DNA of 11,879 nucleotides from Vitrella brassicaformis CCMP3155 (taxonomy: Eukaryota > Protista > Chromerida): assembly GCA_001179505.1 (NCBI GenBank), contig CDMY01000904.1, forward strand, positions 1-11,879, read 5' to 3'. Positions 1 to 9,072 of the stretch are shown here, piece by piece. The translations under genes were made by a program, and so were the position numbers. Below the pieces are notes generated by a model. It was not told the DNA's origin, did no database searches, and worked only from the letters and a program-made list of their open reading frames with translations. Positions within the stretch are counted from its first letter, which is position 1, and each line of letters begins with the position of its first letter.

Positions 1-115
1 CCACAGACCTTACGTTGCATTGACTTAATCCTTTATCCGGGACTGACCGCCCGGCAGATCCTCTCTTCACCATTCTCCCCGACTCTCTCCCCCCTATTCT
101 TACACTTCGTCGCAG

Positions 116-989
116 TAGCTTAAGACTCACGCGCGAAGGACACTGTGCAACAGTCGTGGATTCCCGGCCAGGAGAGGTATTCATGGCACTCGACAAGGAC
201 GAGCTCACGGCCGCAGACGAAAGGTGCGCAGAAGCGAAACAAGACACTAGCCCATTGACTTCTCACACAACGCTCTTGTGCCGGTCTGCATGTATAATGC
301 AGGTCGATGCGCGACTATCTCAAGGCGGCCAACGTCCGTGACGACATCCCCCATGAGCTGTTGCAGAAGAGGATCCGGCAGCGGCTGCAGCTTCAGGAGA
401 GCATCCGCGAGCGCAAGAGGGACAAGAACGCCATCCAGCTGGCCGCACAGTGCACGGCCAAGCCGACTGTGTTCATCCGGACCTTTCTAGAGCTGTATCA
501 AGACCCCGCCATGCGCAAGAAGCTTGACGAGCACCTGGTGGTGCAGATGCTGCAGTGCGCGGTGGCCGTGTGGGGGGGCAACCCCCACCACCCCAAGAGG
601 CAGCAGCAGCTGATTGACTTCTGCATCTTGTTCGAACTCAACCCATCGTACGACCTGCTCAGGTACGAGAAGAGCGGGCCAAACACGAACATGAACACGA
701 ACACGAAAGCATCATGTATCATAAGGTCGCACTCGGCGCACCTGTTTCAAAGCGCCACACTCGGCGTCTGCTGGCCGCGCAGCCCACCCGTCCCAACCCG
801 TGCAGCCTCAGCCAGGAGGGCATCAATGCCTCCCTTGACCACTTTGCGGGGGTGATAAGGGCGACAGCCGAGAAGCCGGCGCTCGTGTCGCTTTCACGTG
901 ACGAGACGACCGTGGCACCGGCGTTAACCTGCCCGAAGCTTTGCGTGTGATGCTCGGTCAGCCACGAGTTTGTCTGCCTGTATCGAATG
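116..989 (+). pseudogene. Degenerate, intron-containing P-element/THAP9-like DDE transposase fragment (5' part lies upstream of the window)
   Basis: A pyrimidine tract and AG acceptor end at 115. Intron 224-302 (GT..CAG) joins exon 116-223 to exon 303-662 in frame (..DELTAADER|SMRDYLK..). After intron 663-725 and one apparent 1-nt deletion near 729 the protein reads PSYDLLRSALGAPVSKRHTRRLL...LVSLSRDETTVAPAL. This resembles the P-transposase pattern AYxFLRxxxxLPSxxTLRRWL...LCVLMFDEMSI with the first catalytic Asp. A stop or further frameshift occurs near 935-950, then a TG-rich intron at 990-1090. Confidence 0.5.
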
Positions 990-1205
990 GTGCGGTGTGT
1001 GTTGGATGTGTGGGTGTATGTGGGTGGGGATGTCGTTCTGTTGGTTTCGGTGTTGAGTGTGTGTTGTGTGTCGTGAGGTGTTGGTGTCAGTGAGTGAGTC
1101 GATGCCGAGGTGCTACCACGGGCTTCTTCGTGGAAGAGCGGCGAGAATGCCATCGGGGAAGGTGTGGGAAGTGAATGTGCTTGCAGAGTGTGTCTACACC
1201 TTTCA

Positions 1206-4200
1206 TCACCCACGCACTGTACCCTCTTGTACCTTGGTGGCACTGCCGTCAGACTGGTACGAGTATGCATAATAGACAAGCTGTTTATGTTTCCCACAGT
1301 GTGCATCCGTCCCAGGAATCCTGACACCGAGGATTCTGATTATGGAGCTGTTCCTCTTCTTCACTTTCATTCTACATCGCTCCTGCAGAGACATCGAAAC
1401 GGAGTAATCAATTCATCGCCGCTACTCATCGTTCGCTTACCTTATTGTCTAAAAGTGCCTTGGATTCACACCTCCCGTTCTTTGAATTCAATTCAAGATC
1501 CACATTTGCCCAAGGAAGACCCCTCTCCGCACGCCGATCAAACCTGGATGAAGGGACACATATCGGCACACAACTATACGGTTCAGGTGCACTTTTCATT
1601 CCACCAGAAAAGGACTGCCGAGAGCGAGAAGGCCCCTGAATTGTCCTCTTCCACCTCAATGTCTACTTCATCGCCCTCACCGATGCAGACCGTCCCAAAT
1701 GCAGCTCCTCCAGGATAAGCAACGTGTTCATCATCGAACCGTTGGGCCTTCAAGACACCTCCCCCCCACAACCTGAGGTCCAAACAGAGAGCCCTGGTTT
1801 GGACCGAAACTTGTGTGTACCTGTCGAAGCCGTGCGTAATTCTCCCCTGTTCTGACATAAAATCAGTTTGCAAAAGCGTGGCTACCATCAGGATACCGGG
1901 ATCATTTACGTCGGTCCCGATCCCGGATCCCAAGTACCTTACCCACCCATGGGAAACATCAGGAATCACAATTCAGGCCGGACATGCTAGAGCGAATTTA
2001 CCAATGAGAAAAAACTCCGAGAAAGCCTGTGACAACTGGTGCAGCAAAGGACGTTCCCACCCCTTTGGCGGTGAATGTTCCCTCGGCATCAAGCATGCTG
2101 GTGTAAACACCCTGCAACAAGATAAATGTCCCCCCGCCTTGTAGAGAAGCCGTGAGTATCGAAGCAAAGAAGCCATTACGGTATTCACCTGTGCCACCAC
2201 ATCAACAATCGTGCGATCCGTCTCAAAGTCACCCTGGGATGAGAAATGCCTGAACTCATAAATGCCGTATCCTCAGCGGATGCCCTTCTTGTCCCTTTCT
2301 GCTTACGCGACTTCCGCTCCCTGGCACGGCCCATCCTCTCCAATCTCACCGGTTTCTCCGAGGCTGCCCACTGTGAGAACCGCATGAGCGCTGGCAGGCG
2401 ACACGGCACTGCACTTGTCAACAGGCACCTGGTGCCTCGAGTTCCCGCTCGCGGTGACAAGCAGCTTGCCCGCGGTAAAGAAGGAATTGCCAATGCGACT
2501 ACCGAGGCCGGTGCCTTCACAGCCGTCTTCCAGGGCGCCCGCCGAGAAATTGATGATGTTGGGACAGTGTCCTGATAAGAGCAAAAACAGTCCTTGGTAT
2601 GTGTGAAAGTACTCGCATCGACTGGTCATTGACCATGCTTCTCATCACAAGCAAGCGTGGCGTCGAGAACCGAAGCGAGCGACGAGTCGAGTCCATCCGT
2701 TCGGTAGTGCGTGATACGGCATTTGGGACACACACCAGTATGAGCCTTCTTCCAATCGGGAGTGTCCACTGAATCATCCCTGTTGTACTCATCAAGGGCT
2801 TGGTCGTCCATCGTATCGCCGGCGATGATTCCTGTGACGCTCGTTGCATGCTCCGACTCATCAGCCTCTTCGAAGTCATCGACCTCCTTGCAATCGGCGT
2901 CGATGCAATTATAAAGACGCCCCAGAGGGGGGGCTAAGCGGAAAGGACCATTGGCCTTGGAGCGGAAGCCGACATGCTCGTTGTCCACAGCACTATCTCT
3001 GTGACTTGAGGGAGCCTGCGTACACCGCGTATTCACCAGTCATCCAGCACATACGTCTGTTTCCTTGCTTATTTTGTTGCTCTCCTACCTCCGCCACGCC
3101 GAGGGGGACGCCTTCGACCTTGCCATAAAATGTGCTAGCCCCATTGAAATCCGGATAGAACTTGTCGAAGTGGTGAATATGATTCCGGTCCAGTCCATCA
3201 CATTTAAGACGACGACGACGATGGTCTGCCGCTTGGTCGTCTCCTAGCTCGCCTCCCGTCCTCCCGATTCGCGGTGCCATCTGGCGTGTCGGAAAAGATA
3301 TGCGCTCCCTGCGGACATCCTCGGCAACGTACCCAATTTCGGGATGGCCTTTCAATAACTGCTCGATTCTCTCTTGGGAAGAACAAGCAAAGAGAGAGGG
3401 AATCGAGGAGAAAAGAAGTCAATCTGTCTATACCGATGGGCAGGTTCGCAACAACCACAGGGGAGTGGTTCAATGTGTGGAGAATCTGGCCCTCGACATT
3501 CTCGATTCCCTTCTGAATCGACTGCATTGCAGCAACAATACGAAGACTTTGGCTTGATTTTTGGAGCCAATGATTTAGTTTGCAATTCCAAGTATCCTCA
3601 CCTCCACCCGCACAGCCGTTTCATTTGACATTTCCTCCAGAATCCGAGCATGTATTGCCTGTAACTCTGCTTGCGTCCTGATGAGCCCCCTACCCATCGC
3701 CACCTTGACCTTGTGCTGTAAAAACATGCTATTGTCCGTCTCCCCAAAGACAATTAGTCTCAATCTTGGGTTGTCATCGTTGGCATTAGCGACACCGTCT
3801 TTCTCCATTTTGAACGCATCGAGCTTCCTCCTCAGAGATGGAGCTATGCGTATCGGTCCTGTTGATGGTTCGAGCGGAACAGGGGAATTTCGAAACCGAC
3901 GGTGCATGGCTGCTTCTGCCTCGAGCCAGGCCGTGTGCTCCGTTTTGTTCACCTGGTAAGGACAAATAAGGACAGCGCTAATTGACCAGGACTGTCTACC
4001 TGACGGTATCTGAGTTCCGCAATGCGCTGCGTCGTCTCGACAGCACCACTGCGACTAATGGAGATGCCTTCCATCGTAGCGTATCGAAGACCTCCGGGTG
4101 AATCAACCTGAGGGGACTCAAGTTGGAATGAACCTTACCGCCCAGATGGAATGAACCTTACCGCTTCGTATAGCGGAAGCATCATCTCGACGTCTTCTTC

Positions 4201-4368
4201 ACGGATCATGGCTGCGTCGGTTCCATGTGAATCCTTCGAGCCTGATCTCGTCCTCTTCTCAAAGCGGTTGACGGCAAAGTTGACGAAAGGATGATGAAGA
4301 ACTGATGTATTTACCACAGCACTAGTCCCTAGAAATGTAAGGGCAGCGAGGAGGAGGTGTTCCCTCAT
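1206..4368 (-). CDS. Secreted subtilisin-like serine protease (peptidase S8) with signal peptide, propeptide, catalytic domain and C-terminal beta-sandwich-like domain; 13 exons, ~803 aa
   Basis: Hand-spliced exons (minus): 4368-4162, 4107-4000, 3952-3602, 3521-3434, 3372-3089, 3015-2634, 2571-2350, 2271-2189, 2111-2002, 1937-1821, 1772-1593, 1543-1441, 1382-1206. All introns are GT-AG, 47-80 nt and phase-consistent; the total is 2412 nt with no internal stop. Motifs: hydrophobic N-terminus MREHLLLAALTFLGTSA; propeptide end LPIERIEQLLKGHPEIGYVAED; GVPLGVAE..DSAVDNEHVGF; EHATSVTGIIAG (His 2848-2850); GVCPKCRITHYR; NIINFSAG; LLVTASGNS (oxyanion Asn 2441-2443); SPASAHAVLTVGSL; FSSQG..DVVAQGVYTS; GTSFAAPVVTG (Ser 2049-2051); LSAVLFWW..NVDLEL..DNKERC. 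The 1773-1820 intron is in frame and stop-free, so it is less certain. Confidence 0.88.
4124..4164. repeat. 18-bp direct repeat (TGGAATGAACCTTACCGC, period 23) duplicating the first 5' splice site of the subtilase gene
   Basis: Identical copies at 4124-4141 and 4147-4164; on the minus strand each reads GCG|GTAAGGTTCATTCCA. Confidence 0.95.
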
Positions 4369-4704
4369 GTTAACACCCACAGTTAACGTTTTCGACAACG
4401 TGGCTCTTTCCGTTTGATTTCTCCTGTTGACGTCTCGGAGAGATTCAGAATGACGTTGGCACAGCCTTTCAGCGCAGTAACAAAACCAAAACTTGCATAC
4501 GTATTTCTTTCACGTGCACAGCCTAAGTTGAGTGTTGCGTGGCGACGTATCTAGGAGTCTCATCAGCAAAGAACTGCGCAAGCAGAGGCAGCGAGGGGCG
4601 AGAGGAAGAACAGCAAAGAAAAGCCAGGCAGCATCACAGAGCGTTAGGCAACGGTCACACAAAACAATGCACACAAAGCTCGCCAACTCAACAGCGAAAG
4701 CGAC

Positions 4705-5202
4705 ATGAGCTGCAACCACAAACATCATGACGTCGCGCACTGGTGTGTGAGGTCCACACAGAGGGAAGGAAGTCACAGTGGCTGTCGCTCGCCATCTGTC
4801 AGTCCGTCATCGTCGGCAGCGTTCCTGAAACCCCCTCTGTCCCCTTTGTTGCGGCGCATTCAGTCGTTCACAATCCTTGCGACGACTGTTCTGTCGGTGC
4901 TTTGCGCCATTGAGTGTGTGATACTCCCGCCACTGCTGGCCATCGCACCGTTCCTCGGCGTTGTGAGTGAACACACCAACGACCAGATACACCAGGCAGT
5001 GGACGTGGTATGCATCAAGGACCCACAGATTCGACTCTTCATGAGCAGTCTTTTTCTCTTTACCTGTGGTTTAGGCTGTCTGGCCACATGTGGTGCATGT
5101 GCTGACTTTCTTGGGCCGACAATTTCAAGAAATCGTGATCGGATCAGAGGACACTGAGAACATGCTTGTCAACGCATATACGGCATACACGACATGCACA
5201 AG
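4705..5202 (+). CDS. MerC-like (PF03203-type) membrane protein, probably spliced and possibly degenerate; boundaries uncertain
   Basis: The hydrophobic segment LSVLCAIECVILPPLLAIAPFLG (CAIEC at 4903-4917) resembles the MerC-family signature SxLCAIHCxxLPxLLxxLPxLG. Candidate intron 5008-5074 (GTATGC..TTTAG) joins in frame to the ORF at 5090. Downstream similarity is weak and the start is not resolved. Confidence 0.4.
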
Positions 5203-5328
5203 GTCGGTGCGTACTCGACCACAAACACGCCTACATGTCCTTTTATCCTATGCTACAACAGAGAGAGAAGATAATTCCCTTGCGCAGCGCATGCACAACG
5301 ACTGCGACGATTTCCTTCGTACGCCTAT

Positions 5329-5389
5329 ACACACACACACACACACGCACACACACACAGACACACACACAGAGAGAGAGAGAGAGAGA
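5329..5389. repeat. Compound (AC)n/(AG)n microsatellite
   Basis: About 21 AC units with two interruptions, followed directly by about 9 AG units. Confidence 0.97.
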
Positions 5390-5575
5390 TTGGCTGCTGT
5401 CATGCAGAAACCGAGCGCAGACGCCGCCACTCCATGTGCATCGCTCGCCGCATGCGCGTCAACTCACACTCAGCCCATATGGTCAGTATGACGCATAAAA
5501 GGGTATTCGTGACCGTGAATCGACGTCTCTTTGATGCATCAGGTGGCGCTGACCGGTGGCTCCTTTGGGCTGCGG

Positions 5576-5910
5576 TCACGAGGCGGCGAGATGCTGGTAG
5601 ACGAGCCAGTCCGAGTGGGCAGCTATCCTGGCGGCACACCGATCTTCAGGTTGTTTCTTGTTGACTTACAGCACAGTGCAGCCATCCATATATACAGCCG
5701 CGTGTATTGACCGCACGCTCGCCCGAGCCAGGCGACCATCACGTCCATATACGTATCCCTGACATACATACAGATGTCCGCATACACATATCCACATGTG
5801 TGATGCAGGAGGTCCTTTGTGTCTGCGTTCGCTCTGTATGCGTCCGCACGATACATGATTCCGTACCTGTCCCCGAGAGTGAGGCTGCAGAGAGTGAGGC
5901 TGCCACCTGC
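5576..5910 (-). pseudogene. Possible spliced fragment of an unidentified membrane-protein gene
   Basis: Splice-like signals define candidate introns 5759-5866 (GTACGG..TATGTCAG) and 5628-5669 (GTAAGT..CCAG). The intervening exon reads DTYMDVMVAWLGRACGQYTRLYIWMAALC. The frame breaks after the second junction and I recognise no family. Confidence 0.2.
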
Positions 5911-6533
5911 ACTGCCACTGGCACAGGCAGAAGATGAGAAAGAAGCACACCTCCGGGCAGCGGTGGCCGCACATTGCACGCGGTGCCGCGAATTCAACAG
6001 GGAGTCCAGCAGCGACACAGTCGTCTGGTGTATGAAGGGGCGCGACTACTACATGTGAACAGGCCACACAACTGTGCTGATGCTTTGATCTCTCCTCTCC
6101 TTACGTGATTGCATCGTGCTCTCGCTGTTGTTGTTTGCATGTCTATGTCTGCAGAGCCAAACACACGTCTTTTTCCGTCCTGCTCTGCTTTTTCTCTTAC
6201 AACAATTAAGTGCCCACCTTCCTCCCTGCACACCTGCCCGAGAGATCTGCTGATGTGGCCTCACCCACACCTGATAGCAACCATTCAACAGCAAACATCC
6301 ATGTGTGCGCGGCCGATGCTGGGATCTCTTCTTGCATGACTACGTGGTGCTCTGGCTGCCTGCGTGTGCGTATCTGCGCTGCCAAACGGACATCTTTTTG
6401 GCCCTGGTGCCTGCGTGTACATGCTAATTCATCGCCCACGTGCTAATTCAGGAGTGCCCACCTTCATGGCGACAGACTATGTTGCAGTCAATATCCCTCT
6501 CAATATCCCCTCAGTCAGGATGTGTTGAACTCC

Positions 6534-6608
6534 AGGGTTTAGGGTGATAGGGTTTGATAATTCATAACCCCACGTTGAAATCTGACCTAGCACGAAGGTC
6601 TAGGGTTT
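6534..6608 (+). repeat. Degenerate interstitial telomere-like (TTTAGGG) motifs
   Basis: AGGGTTTAGGGTGATAGGGTTTG at 6534-6556 and TAGGGTTT at 6601-6608. Confidence 0.6.
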
Positions 6609-6932
6609 GGGGAAGAACAATAGAAGGAAAGCAACATACGCCGGGAACACGCCACCGGAACCTCAAGGGGTATGCAATACATGAAGCGTCGACAGCCCTT
6701 CAAAAGAGCTTCAAAAGAGCCGTCTATTCCGAGACACAAGACAAGTCAGCATGTACAGTAACAACATCATGAACAGACACGAGAGCTGTTTATTCAGACA
6801 CACAAGACACGCCACTATGTATAACACTACCATCATGGACAGACCCGCGAAAGCAGACACGCACTGCTTCTCTATTCAAGTCAAACTGTCTGGGGAATAG
6901 CATTATGAAGAGGATGAGACATGCATGGAGGC

Positions 6933-6979
6933 TCAGCCGGGCCCCGCCCACCTCAAGTTGGTGGGCGTGGCCCGGCTGA
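6933..6979. repeat. GC-rich inverted repeat or hairpin with 20-bp arms (19/20 match) and a 7-nt loop
   Basis: Left arm TCAGCCGGGCCCCGCCCACC (6933-6952); the reverse complement of the right arm (6960-6979) is TCAGCCGGGCCACGCCCACC; loop TCAAGTT. Confidence 0.95.
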
Positions 6980-7266
6980 ATCCACACGTCGAGCTCTACT
7001 TATCCTTGCCTTGGCAGCTCATCAAATGCAAAACGCCAGCTCATCAAATCCATTCCATGGCGCATCCGATCGACACATGCATGTATCTTGTGTGCACAGA
7101 GAGAAACATATTTAATCGATGCTATATGTGTATCCCCGCATGCTGAACTATCTCATCCTCTTCATCCGTTTCTCCTCCACCGGTCCGTCGGCAGTAAACG
7201 GCACGTCACTGTGCGCGACGGGCACCGACAGCGAACTCCTCGTCCGCCGCCTCTTCTCCACACAAG

Positions 7267-7876
7267 TCAGAAGGCCAAACGCCTCAGCTGACGGATCTTC
7301 AGGCGCACAGTCCAACGGCAGTGATCCACACATCCCATGCTGCCCCTGACGGCTAATCGGGATATCGCTGATTGTGCCCACAGCGACGTCACCAACCCCG
7401 CGTGTAAGGGCTCGCCAGCCAAGTACAGATCGGGAGGGCGCCTGAGGCAACCTGGCGGGTCGAGGGTGACGACGAACGAGGGGCTGGCAGCGCCATGGGG
7501 TCTGATCATAGTGCAATCGGAAAAAAGGTTGCACGTCGTCGTTGAAGAGTGGCATCCATTTTCTTACGTGCATGTGGGGCACCACCAGTTTTCCTCGGGC
7601 ACGGCGGTCAGCCTGTGGTCCACCGGGACGCATGGCGGATGAATGGAAGCCGCTGTCGCATCTTTTACACAGCATGATGGTTGGCGGCTTCTTGTTGCTG
7701 CCGCACACCAAATCTGCAGAGCGTCCCTTAGTGCCCTCTGCCGCTAGTGCATTTCCGCTTCCACCAAACGATCCTCGTCGTTGGCAACATCGTTTAGAGG
7801 CTTCTGCCGATACGCCTGCGCGAATGGGACGTAGTTTGTGCTGAACGGAATGAGATCAAAGTGCCGCGTGTGCCCA
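7267..7876 (-). pseudogene. Degenerate spliced gene encoding a PHD finger
   Basis: VCGSNKKPPTIMLCKRCDSGFH is followed, after a 4-nt excess at about 7639-7642, by PPCVPVDHRLTAVPEENWWCPTCT, giving the C4-H-C3 PHD pattern with the first Cys displaced. An acceptor at 7877 follows a (TGTC)n tract. Intron 7502-7567 (GTAAGA..CAG) joins in phase to the ORF ending at 7267. An in-frame TAG lies at 7744-7746. Confidence 0.65.
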
Positions 7877-7882
7877 CTGACG

Positions 7883-7902
7883 GACAGACAGACAGACAGA
7901 CA
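7883..7902. repeat. (GACA)5 microsatellite forming the 3' end of a minus-strand intron
   Basis: GACAGACAGACAGACAGACA, just upstream (minus strand) of the CAG acceptor at 7877-7879. Confidence 0.9.
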
Positions 7903-8104
7903 ATCGATGCGATGCGTTCTTTTGTGTATAGTGCAGCTGTGCATACTACAGCCTGGATCTGAATTAGAGGTTGGCGTTCTCCTGTCTGGTCTCCGGCATG
8001 GGCGTCGCGAGGTCCTGATAGGTCTGCGGGTCGTTGAAATCCACAAGCTTGGCTGGCTCGGCGGTGACGTCATGCTGATCCGCGTCGTCGTCGGCACTCG
8101 GGGG

Positions 8105-8404
8105 NNNNNNNNNNNNNNNNNNNNNNNNNNNNNNNNNNNNNNNNNNNNNNNNNNNNNNNNNNNNNNNNNNNNNNNNNNNNNNNNNNNNNNNNNNNNNNNN
8201 NNNNNNNNNNNNNNNNNNNNNNNNNNNNNNNNNNNNNNNNNNNNNNNNNNNNNNNNNNNNNNNNNNNNNNNNNNNNNNNNNNNNNNNNNNNNNNNNNNNN
8301 NNNNNNNNNNNNNNNNNNNNNNNNNNNNNNNNNNNNNNNNNNNNNNNNNNNNNNNNNNNNNNNNNNNNNNNNNNNNNNNNNNNNNNNNNNNNNNNNNNNN
8401 NNNN
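8105..8404. other. Assembly gap (300 N)
   Basis: Run of N; contiguity across it is not verified by sequence. Confidence 1.
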
Positions 8405-8686
8405 TGAGCGAGAGCGAGTCAAGCACAATGACTGATTGTCGGTTGTGTGCGGTGCTTCTGTACCAGTCGATGGGAAACTGTTGTCTGTCGGCGGTGAGCC
8501 AGCGCCAGACATTCTGAAACCGCTGAGGGAGCACGAGAGGCTCAGACGATCACTCCTCTGAGCGCCGGGTGCATGCCGTATGGGTCGCACTCCGCATTCT
8601 CCTCTAATCTCCCAACGAACAACGACTCAGAAGATTCGTTCCAATCGCAAGCTTTCCTCGACCCGTGGCCCTTGTCGATTAAAAAA

Positions 8687-8965
8687 GGTTTAGGGTTAGG
8701 GTTTGAGGTCATGAGCCTAGGGTTGAAAGGTTATGAACGCGCTACTAGTTGTTTTTTTTTCTGCTCGAAACTCTACCGCCGCACGTCGAGATGGTTTTTA
8801 TGTCCACGCCGACGGCTTCCGGTTAAGGGCGCCGTCGGCCCTAACTCATTAGGCCGGGACTAGTGCGAAGTTCTAAGCCGCCGACATCGGGCGCACCTCG
8901 TCGTCGGCAAAATCAACGACCACCGGGGGTGAGGGGACCAGTGTTCTTATTCGCCCTAAACCCTA
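8687..8965. repeat. Telomere-like motifs in opposing orientations
   Basis: GGTTTAGGGTTAGGGTTTGAGG (8687-8708), TAGGGTT (8718-8724), CCCTAAC (8839-8845) and CCCTAAACCCTA (8954-8965). Confidence 0.6.
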
Positions 8966-9006
8966 TGTGCACATGACTGTTTCTAGAGCGAATAGCGAAT
9001 AGAGAG

Positions 9007-9072
9007 ATGGTAATTTCTGAGAATGGCTCGCGTTTCGTCAATCAGCTGATGAGAGAGGTGACGACCAAGCTG
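9007..9072 (+). mobile_element. Possible tiny remnant of a Ty3/gypsy-type integrase core
   Basis: VISENGSRFVNQLMREVTTKL resembles the integrase motif ISDNGxxFxxxLMxExxxxL. It covers only ~22 aa, has E at the catalytic D position and no flanking similarity, so it may be chance. Confidence 0.2.

Noticed and set aside
719-1327. 202-aa minus-strand ORF rich in His/Thr
   Set aside because: It is largely the antisense reading of a TG-rich + strand intron (990-1090) and has no protein-like signal.
3281-3332. Strong-looking extra intron (GTACGT..CCAG) in the subtilase propeptide exon
   Set aside because: Removing these 52 nt causes a frameshift and an early TAG, and deletes the propeptide-like GYVAED motif.
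7838-8590. Long ORFs crossing 8105-8404
   Set aside because: They are open only because N codons contain no stops.
8880-8940. HDV-like ribozyme candidate upstream of the retroelement
   Set aside because: P1-like and P3-like pairings can be drawn, but the GG needed for P1.1 is absent (AA follows) and no P2 partner is evident. It is also ~800 nt from the element ORF.
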